Below, in pieces: positions 35,597 to 44,949 of a stretch of 64,000 nt of DNA. Origin of the DNA: an uncultured Lachnospiraceae bacterium (GTDB lineage Bacteria > Bacillota > Clostridia > Oscillospirales > CAG-272); contig CAZRVL010000001.1 of NCBI GenBank assembly GCA_964603455.1, positions 17,031 to 81,030 of the forward strand. The letters run 5' to 3'. Position numbers and translations under genes: made by a program. The stretch's first letter is position 1; each line of letters starts with the position of its first letter. Below the pieces are notes generated by a model, which ran no database searches, was not told the origin of the DNA, and worked only from the letters and a program-made list of their open reading frames with translations.

Positions 35597-37306
35597 TTAT
35601 CTTACTATTTCGATCTCAGACGGAGCGTTTATCTCGACTTTGCCATCCTTATCGGCATATATCTCGACCTTACCGAATGGTGTCGGATATGTTCCGCGGA
35701 TCCAATCGAGTCCGCAGAGATCCGGTTTAATTTCGAGCTTCTTGCAGCCTGCTTCGAGTATCTTGACACCGAGCACATGACGTGCAATGAATATGCACGG
35801 ACCGGATGACCAACCATGGCAAAGGCTATGGCGAAGTCCCGTGTAGCAGTATTTACCGAAATCTGCGTGTATATCCTTTTCGCCTTCGGGAACTATCTCA
35901 TCGATTCTGTGTGCATCCCACACTCCGTTTTCATCGGTAGTCCAATCGAGGTCAAAATCCTCCCAGAAGGTAGTCGCACCGAGCTTGAGCATAGCACCGT
36001 AGTATTCCTTCATATCCGCAAGAGCCTCTTTCGTCTTTCCTGCCATTGCGCGAGCCGACAGTATATAATATGAATAATATGTAGAATATCCGTGCGCACC
36101 GTTTTTCGAAATGATCTCCTCATCGACAGTCTTAGGATCTGCGATACCCGAAAGAGCAAGCAGCGATGAAGCCGATTTTGCCTTAAGTGCCGGAACGTGT
36201 TTCTTCATGCGTTCAACTGTATCATGGCAGAGCGCGGCAAGCTCATCCTCACCGAATATTCCGCAAAATTCCGCACAGGTATCTATAGCCATCGAAAGAA
36301 GTCCCTGAAGTCCGCATGCCTTTGCTTCAGGATCATCGTTCGTAGGCCAGTCAAGGAATCTCCAATCGGGAATATTTTCCTTTCCGTTTTCATCAACGAG
36401 CGAGCAAAGCACCGGAGCTATCGAGGTTATGTAATCCTTCTGCTCATTGAGATACTCGACATTTCCGTTCTGGAGGTAGTAATCGCGCTGACACATTATC
36501 CACCAGAGAGTATATGAGGGGATATTGTTCATCCAGTGAGGCTTTGAATTTGACCAGTCTGTAGGATTTCTTGCAAGCTCGGGGTCTATCGGAGTTATAT
36601 CTCTGACCGAATCAAGGCTTCTCGAAACGACCTCGTTGTCACCGAAGACAGAGCATATCGTCATGACTTCGGGGTGCATATCGCCTATCCAAACAAGACG
36701 GTCACGCTTTATGCCGTCCCACATATATTCCTGCATATTGAGGTGAGCGGTGTATGCGGCAGTATCGTATATTTTAGTGATCTCGCTGTCCGAGCAGTCG
36801 AACGAACCAACATAATCTATATCGCGGATTATGAGCACACCTTCGATAGCCTTGAGTGCAAGTTCTTCGCCCTCAACAAGCTCTATGCAGACAAATCTGA
36901 AGCCGGATTCATTTGTATCTGTTCCGGAATAGCCGCTCAAAGAGAGTCTGAAATCGCGGTTTGCATGGTCATTGGTCGAACCTCTTTCAGTTACAGGAGT
37001 TAGAGCCTCTGTGACCGATTCGCCGAGTCTTACATTGACGGTAACTCTTTTAGGCTTTACCCATTGAGCCAATATTCTGATGCTTCCGTGGATCTCGCGT
37101 CCGAAATCGACAAGTATCATCGCACCATTTTTAAGAACCGTGCAGTGCGAAGCATCAAACGAGATCTGACCTATGCGGTCTTCAAGCATCTCCTCGGGGT
37201 TTTGAATATCGCCTGCCGTCTTGACTATTCTTGTGGGGCGAAGATAATATCTTGTACGCGGATCTGTATCAAATGTATGCAGACCGAATTTATCTGTGAG
37301 TTTCAT
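35597..37306 (-). CDS. Rhamnosidase-like (GH78-type) six-hairpin glycoside hydrolase, cytoplasmic
   Basis: C-terminal signature SLCHGWSSGPCIFIARHVLGVKILEAGCKKLEIKPDLCGLDWIRGTYPTPFGKVEI is typical of the rhamnosidase catalytic/C-terminal junction. No signal peptide. Confidence 0.55.
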   Translation of the reverse strand: MKLTDKFGLHTFDTDPRTRYYLRPTRIVKTAGDIQNPEEMLEDRIGQISFDASHCTVLKNGAMILVDFGREIHGSIRILAQWVKPKRVTVNVRLGESVTEALTPVTERGSTNDHANRDFRLSLSGYSGTDTNESGFRFVCIELVEGEELALKAIEGVLIIRDIDYVGSFDCSDSEITKIYDTAAYTAHLNMQEYMWDGIKRDRLVWIGDMHPEVMTICSVFGDNEVVSRSLDSVRDITPIDPELARNPTDWSNSKPHWMNNIPSYTLWWIMCQRDYYLQNGNVEYLNEQKDYITSIAPVLCSLVDENGKENIPDWRFLDWPTNDDPEAKACGLQGLLSMAIDTCAEFCGIFGEDELAALCHDTVERMKKHVPALKAKSASSLLALSGIADPKTVDEEIISKNGAHGYSTYYSYYILSARAMAGKTKEALADMKEYYGAMLKLGATTFWEDFDLDWTTDENGVWDAHRIDEIVPEGEKDIHADFGKYCYTGLRHSLCHGWSSGPCIFIARHVLGVKILEAGCKKLEIKPDLCGLDWIRGTYPTPFGKVEIYADKDGKVEINAPSEIEIVR

Positions 37307-37341
37307 TTAAAATTTCCTTTCGGTAAAGTTTATTTCATATT

Positions 37342-37371
37342 ATTATAGCATATTTTAAGGTCGATTGTCAA
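37342..37371 (-). promoter_or_regulatory. Sigma-A type promoter of the 35597-37306 hydrolase gene
   Basis: Minus strand reads TTGACA (37371-37366), 18 nt, TATAAT (37347-37342). Confidence 0.65.
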
Positions 37372-37553
37372 TGGATTTTCCGAAATAAAGTATGATTTTT
37401 TTGTTCTTTGAAACGGCGTGATCTGTGCTTGGTCTAATCGTACAAATCAATGCAATTTAATATGCGTACTGCACCAAAGCCTTTTATAATGATTGCGCTG
37501 CTATTAAAGCTATCAAAATATTGTCTGCTCAATGCAGATCCGCATATAAAATC

Positions 37554-37578
37554 AAGGCTCTCGCATTCGGAGAGCCTT
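37554..37578 (-). terminator. Rho-independent terminator after the AI-2E transporter gene
   Basis: AAGGCTCTC-7 nt-GAGAGCCTT followed on the minus strand by GATTTTAT. Confidence 0.7.
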
Positions 37579-37582
37579 TGTA

Positions 37583-38953
37583 TTATTTCTTTTTGAACTT
37601 TTTGAAAAAAGCTTTTACTCTTTCGCCGATAGGATTTTCACTCAGACCGGCAGTCAGCGATGCCAACTTTGCCGCTAAGGTATGAGAATCATCATCGGTC
37701 AATGTCCTCTCCTCCACTCCGGTATAATAATCAAGAGTTTCGGTCGGAAGTTCACGCTTTGAAAGGCGTTTTTCGACTGCGATCTTCAAAAGTGAATATA
37801 TCACCGAGAAAAGCGGAACGGCTATCACCATTCCGAGCAGTCCCATTAGTCCGCCCATGACTGTTATCGAGAACAAAACCCAAAGAGATGCGAGTCCGGT
37901 CGTCTGTCCGACTATCTTCGGCTTTATCACGTTTCCGTCCATCTGCTGGATGACAAGTATTATCACAGCAAACCACAATGCCTTTATCGGGTCTACTATG
38001 AATATTATGAGAAAGCTCGGTATCGCGCCTATGAACGGTCCTGCGACCGGTATGATATTAGTTATTCCAACTATAGAACCGACAAGCACAGAATACGGCA
38101 TATTGAATATCGCGCACACCGCAAAACATAGTATTCCCACGATAAGCGAATCGAGTATTTCTCCTGTGATGAATCCGCCGAATGTACGGTCTGTGAAGTT
38201 GCAGAGTTCGAGTATGCTGTTATACATTCTGGTGCTTGTGACCGAACGAAGCAGCTTTTTCAGCTGTGCTATGAGCTTTTCCTTCGATGCAAGGAAGTAT
38301 ATCGAAAAGCATATTCCGAGTATCACATTTATAAAGCCACTGGCGATACCGGAGAATACATTCATCATCTGCGGAACATAGTCCTTTATCGACACGGTTA
38401 TATCCGCTATGAGGTCCTCAAGCTTTTCGGTAAATTTTTCAAAATTTATATATTTTTCGAAAAAGTCACTTACCGTATTCACATCGCTGCCGAACGCCTC
38501 TGAAAAGACCGAATCGGTAAAAAATCTGTCCAAGCTTTCGGCAAAATCATTTATTAGCTGCGATGTACTTTGTATGTATCCGCTCATCTTGCTCGAAAGA
38601 TCGATAAAGCTCAGGTATATCTGCGGAACGATGAGCAACAGCAGGACGGTCAATATGATGAGCACAATTATCACTGTTACAAGTATCGACAATCCGCGTT
38701 TCAAACCCTTCTGCCGCTTTGATGTCACTTTAAAGCGCACTATATGCTTTTCGGAAAATTCAAGTATCGGATTTATAAGATACGCTATCACAAGTCCTAT
38801 CCACACCGGCGAAAGTATGGAATTAAGCTTATCTAAGCCCGCCGCTATGAAAGGAAAATTCATTACAGCCGTCAGGAGCATGATTATTATAAATGCCGTG
38901 ACGATCGTATATACAGCGATCGTATTATATTTTGGATTTCGATCGATCTTCAT
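37583..38953 (-). CDS. AI-2E family transporter (PerM/UPF0118)
   Basis: 456 aa, polytopic. Conserved C-terminal half (IPVAGPFIGAIPSFLI...IQQMDGNVIKPKIVGQTTGLASLWVLFS). Confidence 0.8.
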   Translation of the reverse strand: MKIDRNPKYNTIAVYTIVTAFIIIMLLTAVMNFPFIAAGLDKLNSILSPVWIGLVIAYLINPILEFSEKHIVRFKVTSKRQKGLKRGLSILVTVIIVLIILTVLLLLIVPQIYLSFIDLSSKMSGYIQSTSQLINDFAESLDRFFTDSVFSEAFGSDVNTVSDFFEKYINFEKFTEKLEDLIADITVSIKDYVPQMMNVFSGIASGFINVILGICFSIYFLASKEKLIAQLKKLLRSVTSTRMYNSILELCNFTDRTFGGFITGEILDSLIVGILCFAVCAIFNMPYSVLVGSIVGITNIIPVAGPFIGAIPSFLIIFIVDPIKALWFAVIILVIQQMDGNVIKPKIVGQTTGLASLWVLFSITVMGGLMGLLGMVIAVPLFSVIYSLLKIAVEKRLSKRELPTETLDYYTGVEERTLTDDDSHTLAAKLASLTAGLSENPIGERVKAFFKKFKKK

Positions 38954-39134
38954 GCGATTCCTCCGTTATGACTTTACTATATAAATTCTACTCTAAAACA
39001 ATAGGTTTGTCAAGAGGTTTCCTTCTTTTTTTAAAGCAGCGCATGACAAAATTAACATATTAGCCAAAAATGTGACAGTTTTCTGATGAATGCTCACGAA
39101 AATTGAAAATTAAGTGAATTTATGCGAGTTTATA

Positions 39135-39163
39135 TTGCAAAACGGCTCAAAATGTGGTATTAT
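39135..39163 (+). promoter_or_regulatory. Sigma-A type promoter of the nad/aro operon
   Basis: TTGCAA (39135-39140), 17 nt, extended -10 TGGTATTAT ending at 39163. Confidence 0.6.
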
Positions 39164-39198
39164 ATTATAGTACAAATATATTCTTCGGGAGCAATCAC

Positions 39199-40119
39199 AT
39201 GATAAACAATACAAATAAGGAAATCGCTGAGGAAATACTGCGCTTAAAAAAGGAAAAGGACGCACTTATCCTCGCTCATTATTACCAGAGACTTGAGATC
39301 CAGCAGGTAGCCGACATCTTCGGTGACTCCTTCGAGCTTTCAAAAAAAGCTAAGCTTGCACAAAATCAACTGATCATATTCTGTGGTGTAAGCTTTATGG
39401 CTGAAAGTGCAAAGATACTCAATCCGACAAAGAAGGTAGTCCTTCCGAGAGCCGACGCAGGCTGTCGTATGGCAAACATGGTCACGCCCGAAGATATTCT
39501 GGCTCTGCGCGAAAAATATCCCAAAGCGGCTGTCGTATGCTATGTAAATTCATCTGCTGCGACAAAAGCGGTATCTGACATTTGCTGCACTTCATCGAAT
39601 GCGATAAAGGTCGTCGGAAGTCTGCCGAACAAGCAGATAATCTTCGTCCCCGACAAAAATCTCGGTGCATACGTTGCAAAGGCTTTTCCAGAAAAGGAAT
39701 TCATACTTCATTCAGGCTTCTGTCCGACTCACAAGAACATAACCGCTGAAGAGGTCGAAAAAGCCAAGGCTCTTCATCCGAATGCGCTGCTTGCTGTACA
39801 TCCCGAATGTGAGAAGGAAGTTCTCGATGCCTCAGACTTCATCGGAAGCACATCGCAGATAATCGACTACTGTGTCAAGACCGACAGCGAAGAATTCATA
39901 ATCGGAACTGAGGTCGGAGTCGTTGACCGGTTGAGCTTCTATCACCCCGAAAAAAAATATCATCTGTTGACACCTTATCTCGTTTGCTCGGATATGAAAA
40001 AGACTGAGCTTTCGGATGTTCTGAATGCACTCAAAACAGAGGAGCATGAGGTCATCATGACAAATGACGAGATCGAAGCCGCAAGTCTTCCGCTCGAACG
40101 GATGGTCGCGATAAAATAA
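39199..40119 (+). CDS. nadA: Quinolinate synthase
   Basis: Start MINNTNKE. Motifs ILAHYYQ, FCGVSFMAESAKIL and three conserved Cys regions (AGCRMA, CYVNSSA, GFCPTH). Confidence 0.9.
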   Translation: MINNTNKEIAEEILRLKKEKDALILAHYYQRLEIQQVADIFGDSFELSKKAKLAQNQLIIFCGVSFMAESAKILNPTKKVVLPRADAGCRMANMVTPEDILALREKYPKAAVVCYVNSSAATKAVSDICCTSSNAIKVVGSLPNKQIIFVPDKNLGAYVAKAFPEKEFILHSGFCPTHKNITAEEVEKAKALHPNALLAVHPECEKEVLDASDFIGSTSQIIDYCVKTDSEEFIIGTEVGVVDRLSFYHPEKKYHLLTPYLVCSDMKKTELSDVLNALKTEEHEVIMTNDEIEAASLPLERMVAIK

Positions 40120-40133
40120 AGGAGATATAAATT

Positions 40134-40976
40134 ATGCAAATCTATGGACAGGCACTTGATAAGATCATTTTAAACGCACTTGAGGAGGATGTCGGAACGG
40201 GAGACATAACAACTCTCTCGACCATCCCCGAAAATCGGATCGCGCATGGCTTATACAAGGCCAAGGAATGCGGCGTGCTCTGCGGAATCGATGTTGCCAA
40301 GCGTGTATTCGAACTGATCGATCCCACTATTGAATTTACCGCAATAAAAAAAGACGGAGACCTTGTAAACATAAATGACATAGTTGCCGAGGTCAAGGGA
40401 AAGGCAGCTAATGTGCTCACCGGTGAGCGCGTTGGACTCAATCTCATGCAGCGTATGTCGGGCATTGCCACAAGAACAGCCGAAGCTGTTAAGCAGGTCG
40501 AGGGAACTCAGGCTAAGATCTGCGATACGCGAAAGACTACTCCCGGACTCAGAATACTTGAAAAATATGCTGTCAGAGTCGGCGGCGGAACAAATCATCG
40601 CTTCAATCTCGCAGATGGTGTGCTCATAAAGGATAATCACATAGTTGCAGCCGGTTCTATAACCGAAGCAGTCAAATCGGCAAGACAGAATATTCCTCAC
40701 ACACTTAAGATCGAAGTCGAGGTCGAGACCTTCGCAGGACTTGAAGAAGCTCTCAATGCCGGAGCAGATATAATCATGCTCGACAATATGAGCTGTGCAG
40801 CAATGAAGCAGGCTGTAAAGATGGTCGGTGGAAGGGCTTTGACCGAAGCCTCGGGAAATATGGGCGACAGAGATCTCAGAGAGGTCGCCGAATGCGGTGT
40901 CGATCTCATAAGCATAGGTGCGCTGACTCATTCGGTGCGCGCTCTCGACATCAGCTTGAAATTTACTATTGAATGA
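40134..40976 (+). CDS. nadC: Nicotinate-nucleotide pyrophosphorylase (carboxylating)
   Basis: Motifs EDVGTGDITT, ICDTRKTTPGLR, GGGTNHRFNL and IMLDNM. Confidence 0.9.
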   Translation: MQIYGQALDKIILNALEEDVGTGDITTLSTIPENRIAHGLYKAKECGVLCGIDVAKRVFELIDPTIEFTAIKKDGDLVNINDIVAEVKGKAANVLTGERVGLNLMQRMSGIATRTAEAVKQVEGTQAKICDTRKTTPGLRILEKYAVRVGGGTNHRFNLADGVLIKDNHIVAAGSITEAVKSARQNIPHTLKIEVEVETFAGLEEALNAGADIIMLDNMSCAAMKQAVKMVGGRALTEASGNMGDRDLREVAECGVDLISIGALTHSVRALDISLKFTIE

Positions 40977-42016
40977 TCATGGAAAAAATAATCGTAAAAC
41001 ATACGATGGGCGAATATCCGATATATGTCGGTGAGGATATTCTTGAGGACGCACTTTGTGAGTTTTTCAAAACAAGATCGTATGACAGGATATTTATCGT
41101 AACCGACAGCAATGTTAGCCGTTTGTACGACAACAAACTTCATGAAACACTCGAAAAGCTCGACATCACCTTCTGCGGATATTATTCCTTCCTCGCAGGG
41201 GAGAAATCAAAAAATCTCGGCACAGTGTCCGAAATGTACGATATGTTCGCAAAAACACATCTCACCAGAAAATCGCTCGTCATCGCGCTCGGTGGAGGAG
41301 TGGTCGGAGATATGGCAGGCTTTGCGGCGGCGACCTTCCTTCGCGGCATAGATGTGCTTCAAATACCGACTACCCTGCTCTCCCAGATAGATTCATCAAT
41401 CGGCGGCAAGACAGGTGTGGATCTCGAATACGGAAAAAATCTGGTAGGTGCATTCCATCAGCCAGTAGCGGTAATATCCGACAGCCTTTTTCTTGAAACA
41501 TTGCCGAAACATTTTGTAAATGACGGAGTGGGTGAAGCAATAAAGACCGGACTCATCGGTGATGCTGAGCTTTTCTGCGGAATAGAGACGCAGACCATAT
41601 CGCGTGCCGAGCTGATAACACGATGTGCAAGATTCAAGGCTGACATAGTTACTAAGGATGAATTTGAATCGGGTCTTCGCAAAATACTGAACTTCGGTCA
41701 CACTATAGGTCATGCTGTTGAAAAGCTCGGAAACTTCGAACGCTTTTCTCACGGAGAATCGGTCGGCATAGGAATGCTCTACGCAGCAAAGATCGGCGAA
41801 AAGCTCGGATATATGAAGTGCTTCGAACGTATCAAATCTACACTCAAGCTATGTGGTCTTCCGACCGATATGGACTACTTGCCTGACGAGCTTATAAATA
41901 TAGCGGCAAGTGATAAAAAGCGCAGCGGCGATTCGATCTCATTCATTCTTCTCGATGAGATCGGCACTCCGAAGATAGTTGATATAAACATAGATGAACT
42001 GAGAGGTATGCTGTGA
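40973..42016 (+). CDS. aroB: 3-dehydroquinate synthase
   Basis: Motifs GGGVVGDMAGFAAATFLRGI, QIPTTLLSQIDSSIGGKTG and NFGHTIGHAVE. The start forms an ATGA overlap with the nadC stop. Confidence 0.85.
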   Translation: MIMEKIIVKHTMGEYPIYVGEDILEDALCEFFKTRSYDRIFIVTDSNVSRLYDNKLHETLEKLDITFCGYYSFLAGEKSKNLGTVSEMYDMFAKTHLTRKSLVIALGGGVVGDMAGFAAATFLRGIDVLQIPTTLLSQIDSSIGGKTGVDLEYGKNLVGAFHQPVAVISDSLFLETLPKHFVNDGVGEAIKTGLIGDAELFCGIETQTISRAELITRCARFKADIVTKDEFESGLRKILNFGHTIGHAVEKLGNFERFSHGESVGIGMLYAAKIGEKLGYMKCFERIKSTLKLCGLPTDMDYLPDELINIAASDKKRSGDSISFILLDEIGTPKIVDINIDELRGML

Positions 42017-43275
42017 CGATATTCAAACCATTAAAAATGTGCGGAGATGTCAGAGTTCCGGCTTCGAAAAGTCAAGCACACCGTGCGCTCATATGCGCAG
42101 CTTTGGCAGGCAACAGCAAGATCACCGGACTTACGCCTTCTCAGGATATGACTGCCACTCTCGGTGCTTTAAAGGCACTCGGAGCTGATATTGAAGCTGA
42201 TTTCGAAAAGGGTACTGCGGTATCCGGGAAACCACTGGTCAGATGTGAAAATGATATTGATTCTTCTGATTACTCGGTCATAGACTGCGGAGAATCGGCT
42301 TCAACTCTGCGCTTTATGATACCGATAGCCGCAGCTCTCGGACGAAATGTAGAATTTATCGGTCACGGAAGACTTCCCGAGCGCACGACAATGCTGTACA
42401 AGCCGTTGCTTGAAGCTCACGGTGTCAGGATGGATTATCCGAATGGTGGAAAATTTCTGCCTCTCAGACAATCCGGGAAACTTACCGATGGCATATATGA
42501 GATACGCGGAGATATATCCTCGCAGTTTGTCACAGGTCTTATATATGCGCTGTCGATAGTCGGAGAAGGAAGCGTAAGGCTCACTACAAAACTTGAAAGC
42601 CGTCCGTATGCCGACATGACTGTCGATGTTATGAGACGCTTCGGCATAAATATAGCCGACAATGATGATTCGTATATAATCTCTGGAAAATACAGCCCAA
42701 CGTCAATGGATGTTGAGGGTGATTGCTCGCAGGCGGCATTTTTCGCTGTGCCTGCCGCGATACATGGCAGTATAAGACTTTTCGGTATAGATCAAAGCAC
42801 CAAACAGGGAGATTTCAAGCTCTTTGAGATACTCAAGGGCTTCGGCGCAAAGGTCGAATATTCGGAAAATATCATAACAGTAAGCGAAGGTAAGCTAAAG
42901 GCATATGACATTGATGCTTCGGACATACCCGATCTTGTGCCGGCACTCGCAGTGCTTGCCGCATACTCTGAAGGACAGACACGCATATACAATGCCGGAC
43001 GGCTCAGACTCAAAGAGAGCGATCGCATAGCGACCACCGTTGATATGATAAATTCGCTCGGCGGAGAGGCATTTGCGACTGATGACGGCATTGTGATAAC
43101 CGGAAAAGAAAAGCTTTCAGGCGGAAAGGTCAAGTCATACGGCGATCACAGAATAGCTATGGCAGCGGCGGCGGCTTCTGTCGGCTGCAAAGCTGATGTC
43201 GAGGTAGATGATATGAGCTGCACCGCAAAATCCTTCCCGAACTTCACGGATCTATTCGAAGCCGACCGAGCATAA
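42013..43275 (+). CDS. aroA: 3-phosphoshikimate 1-carboxyvinyltransferase (EPSP synthase)
   Basis: GTG start overlaps the aroB stop (GTGA). Motifs VPASKSQAHRALI, RLKESDRI and YGDHRIAMA. Confidence 0.9.
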   Translation: MTIFKPLKMCGDVRVPASKSQAHRALICAALAGNSKITGLTPSQDMTATLGALKALGADIEADFEKGTAVSGKPLVRCENDIDSSDYSVIDCGESASTLRFMIPIAAALGRNVEFIGHGRLPERTTMLYKPLLEAHGVRMDYPNGGKFLPLRQSGKLTDGIYEIRGDISSQFVTGLIYALSIVGEGSVRLTTKLESRPYADMTVDVMRRFGINIADNDDSYIISGKYSPTSMDVEGDCSQAAFFAVPAAIHGSIRLFGIDQSTKQGDFKLFEILKGFGAKVEYSENIITVSEGKLKAYDIDASDIPDLVPALAVLAAYSEGQTRIYNAGRLRLKESDRIATTVDMINSLGGEAFATDDGIVITGKEKLSGGKVKSYGDHRIAMAAAAASVGCKADVEVDDMSCTAKSFPNFTDLFEADRA

Positions 43276-43314
43276 AGGCTTTATCTGCTATTATTTATAA
43301 AAGGACTGATATAA

Positions 43315-44856
43315 TTGAAACAATATCTATATTCGAAATCTATCGAAGAGCTTCCTGTAAGTCATTGTGATGTACTGGTTGTCGGCGCGGGCATAGCCGG
43401 ACTTTATGCGGCGCTTGAGCTTCCCTCCGAGCTGAATGTAACTATAGCGACCAAGGTCGGATTTGATATGTCAAACTCATATCTCGCTCAGGGAGGCATA
43501 GCTTCGGTTATCGATTCTTCAGACAGATTCGATTCGCATATCGAGGATACCCTAAAGGCAGGTGCCGGTGAATGCGATCTCAAAGCCGTCACGACCCTTG
43601 TAAAGGAAGGACCTGAGAACATACGCCACCTTGTTGATATGCTCGTTCCATTCGACAAAAAGGACGATGGCTCGCTCATGATAACCCGTGAAGGCGGTCA
43701 TTCCTGCCGCAGAATAGTCCATTGCGGAGGTGATGCGACCGGTCGAGAGGTCACAAAGCGTCTCACCGAGATAGCTCTCACACGGGATAACATAACTATA
43801 CTCCAAAACACAAATCTCATAGATATATTGACAGAGAACGGTGCAGTTGTCGGTGCGCTGCTTTCTGGAGAAAAGGATCACATAGTGTCCTGTTCAAAGA
43901 TCATTCTCGCCACAGGCGGAATAGGTGCGCTGTATGAGCATACTACCAATCCCTCCGGTGCAGTCGGTGACGGTATAGCAGCAGCAGCCAGAGCCGGTGC
44001 AAAGGTCGTGAACATGGAATTTGTACAGTTCCATCCGACTACGATGATACCTCAGTCAGGTCAGACCGAACGCAGATTCCTTATCTCCGAAGCTGTCCGC
44101 GGTGAAGGCGGTATATTGAAGAACCATTTGGGCGAAGCCTTTATGCAGGGCAAGCATCCACTCGCAGATCTCGCTCCGCGTGATATTGTGACACGTGAGA
44201 TACTCCATGAAATGCGCAGAACAGGCGAAGCTCATGTATTCCTTGATGTTTCTGCTATGAGTGAGGAGTTTTTCGCAAAACGTTTCCCAACAATATACGG
44301 CGAGTGCAAGAAATACGGTATCAACATTCCACGCGATATGATCCCTGTTGAGCCGGCTCAGCATTATCTTATGGGCGGTATCGAAACAGATATTGATGCA
44401 AGGACCTGTGTAAAGGGTCTCTATGCCTGTGGAGAATGCGCATGGACAGGTGTTCACGGTGCAAACAGGCTGGCAAGCAATTCTATGCTCGAATGCCTTG
44501 TATTCGGGCGCAGAGCCGCAAGATCGGCAGCCAACGACAAATTTGCCGAAAAACAGGATAGATTCTCGATCAAAACAGTCGAAGGGAAACCTATTTCGGA
44601 TGAATATATCGAAACCAAGCGAAGTGAACTCCGCGCTGTGATGACCGAAAACCTAAACGCCGTAAGAACACTTTCGGGAATGGCAAAGGCAAAAGATTAT
44701 GTTGATAAACTTCTTGCAGAGCTTGATATGAGCTCAATTTCCACAAAGCGCGGATATGAGCTTTACTCACTTTCCACAGCCGCAAAATTCATAACCGATG
44801 GTGCATTGGCACGTGAAAAATCGGTCGGTGCGCATTATGTCGAATACTGTGAATAA
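43315..44856 (+). CDS. nadB: L-aspartate oxidase
   Basis: TTG start. FAD motif VLVVGAGIAGLYAAL, plus RFLISEAVRGEGG and GLYACGECAWTGVHGANRLASNS. Confidence 0.9.
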   Translation: MKQYLYSKSIEELPVSHCDVLVVGAGIAGLYAALELPSELNVTIATKVGFDMSNSYLAQGGIASVIDSSDRFDSHIEDTLKAGAGECDLKAVTTLVKEGPENIRHLVDMLVPFDKKDDGSLMITREGGHSCRRIVHCGGDATGREVTKRLTEIALTRDNITILQNTNLIDILTENGAVVGALLSGEKDHIVSCSKIILATGGIGALYEHTTNPSGAVGDGIAAAARAGAKVVNMEFVQFHPTTMIPQSGQTERRFLISEAVRGEGGILKNHLGEAFMQGKHPLADLAPRDIVTREILHEMRRTGEAHVFLDVSAMSEEFFAKRFPTIYGECKKYGINIPRDMIPVEPAQHYLMGGIETDIDARTCVKGLYACGECAWTGVHGANRLASNSMLECLVFGRRAARSAANDKFAEKQDRFSIKTVEGKPISDEYIETKRSELRAVMTENLNAVRTLSGMAKAKDYVDKLLAELDMSSISTKRGYELYSLSTAAKFITDGALAREKSVGAHYVEYCE

Positions 44857-44949
44857 ACCGGAGTTTTCCACATTTCCAACAGGCTTTTCCCCAAATTCCG
44901 AGGTTGTGGCAAACAGAGTGTGGAAATATTCTGTGGAAAATGTGGAAAA
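44737..44949. promoter_or_regulatory. Cluster of seven DnaA-box-like 9-mers (three forward, four reverse)
   Basis: Forward: ATTTCCACA 44737, CTTTCCACA 44770, TTTTCCACA 44864. Reverse: TTTGCCACA 44905-44913, ATTTCCACA 44919-44927, TTTTCCACA 44932-44940 and 44941-44949. They were compared with the DnaA-box consensus TTATCCACA / TT(A/T)TNCACA. Confidence 0.5.

Noticed and set aside
38954-39198. NAD+ riboswitch or NiaR-type operator upstream of nadA.
   Set aside because: I could not find the tandem-domain nadA-motif sequence or a convincing palindrome. Only a standard promoter is evident.
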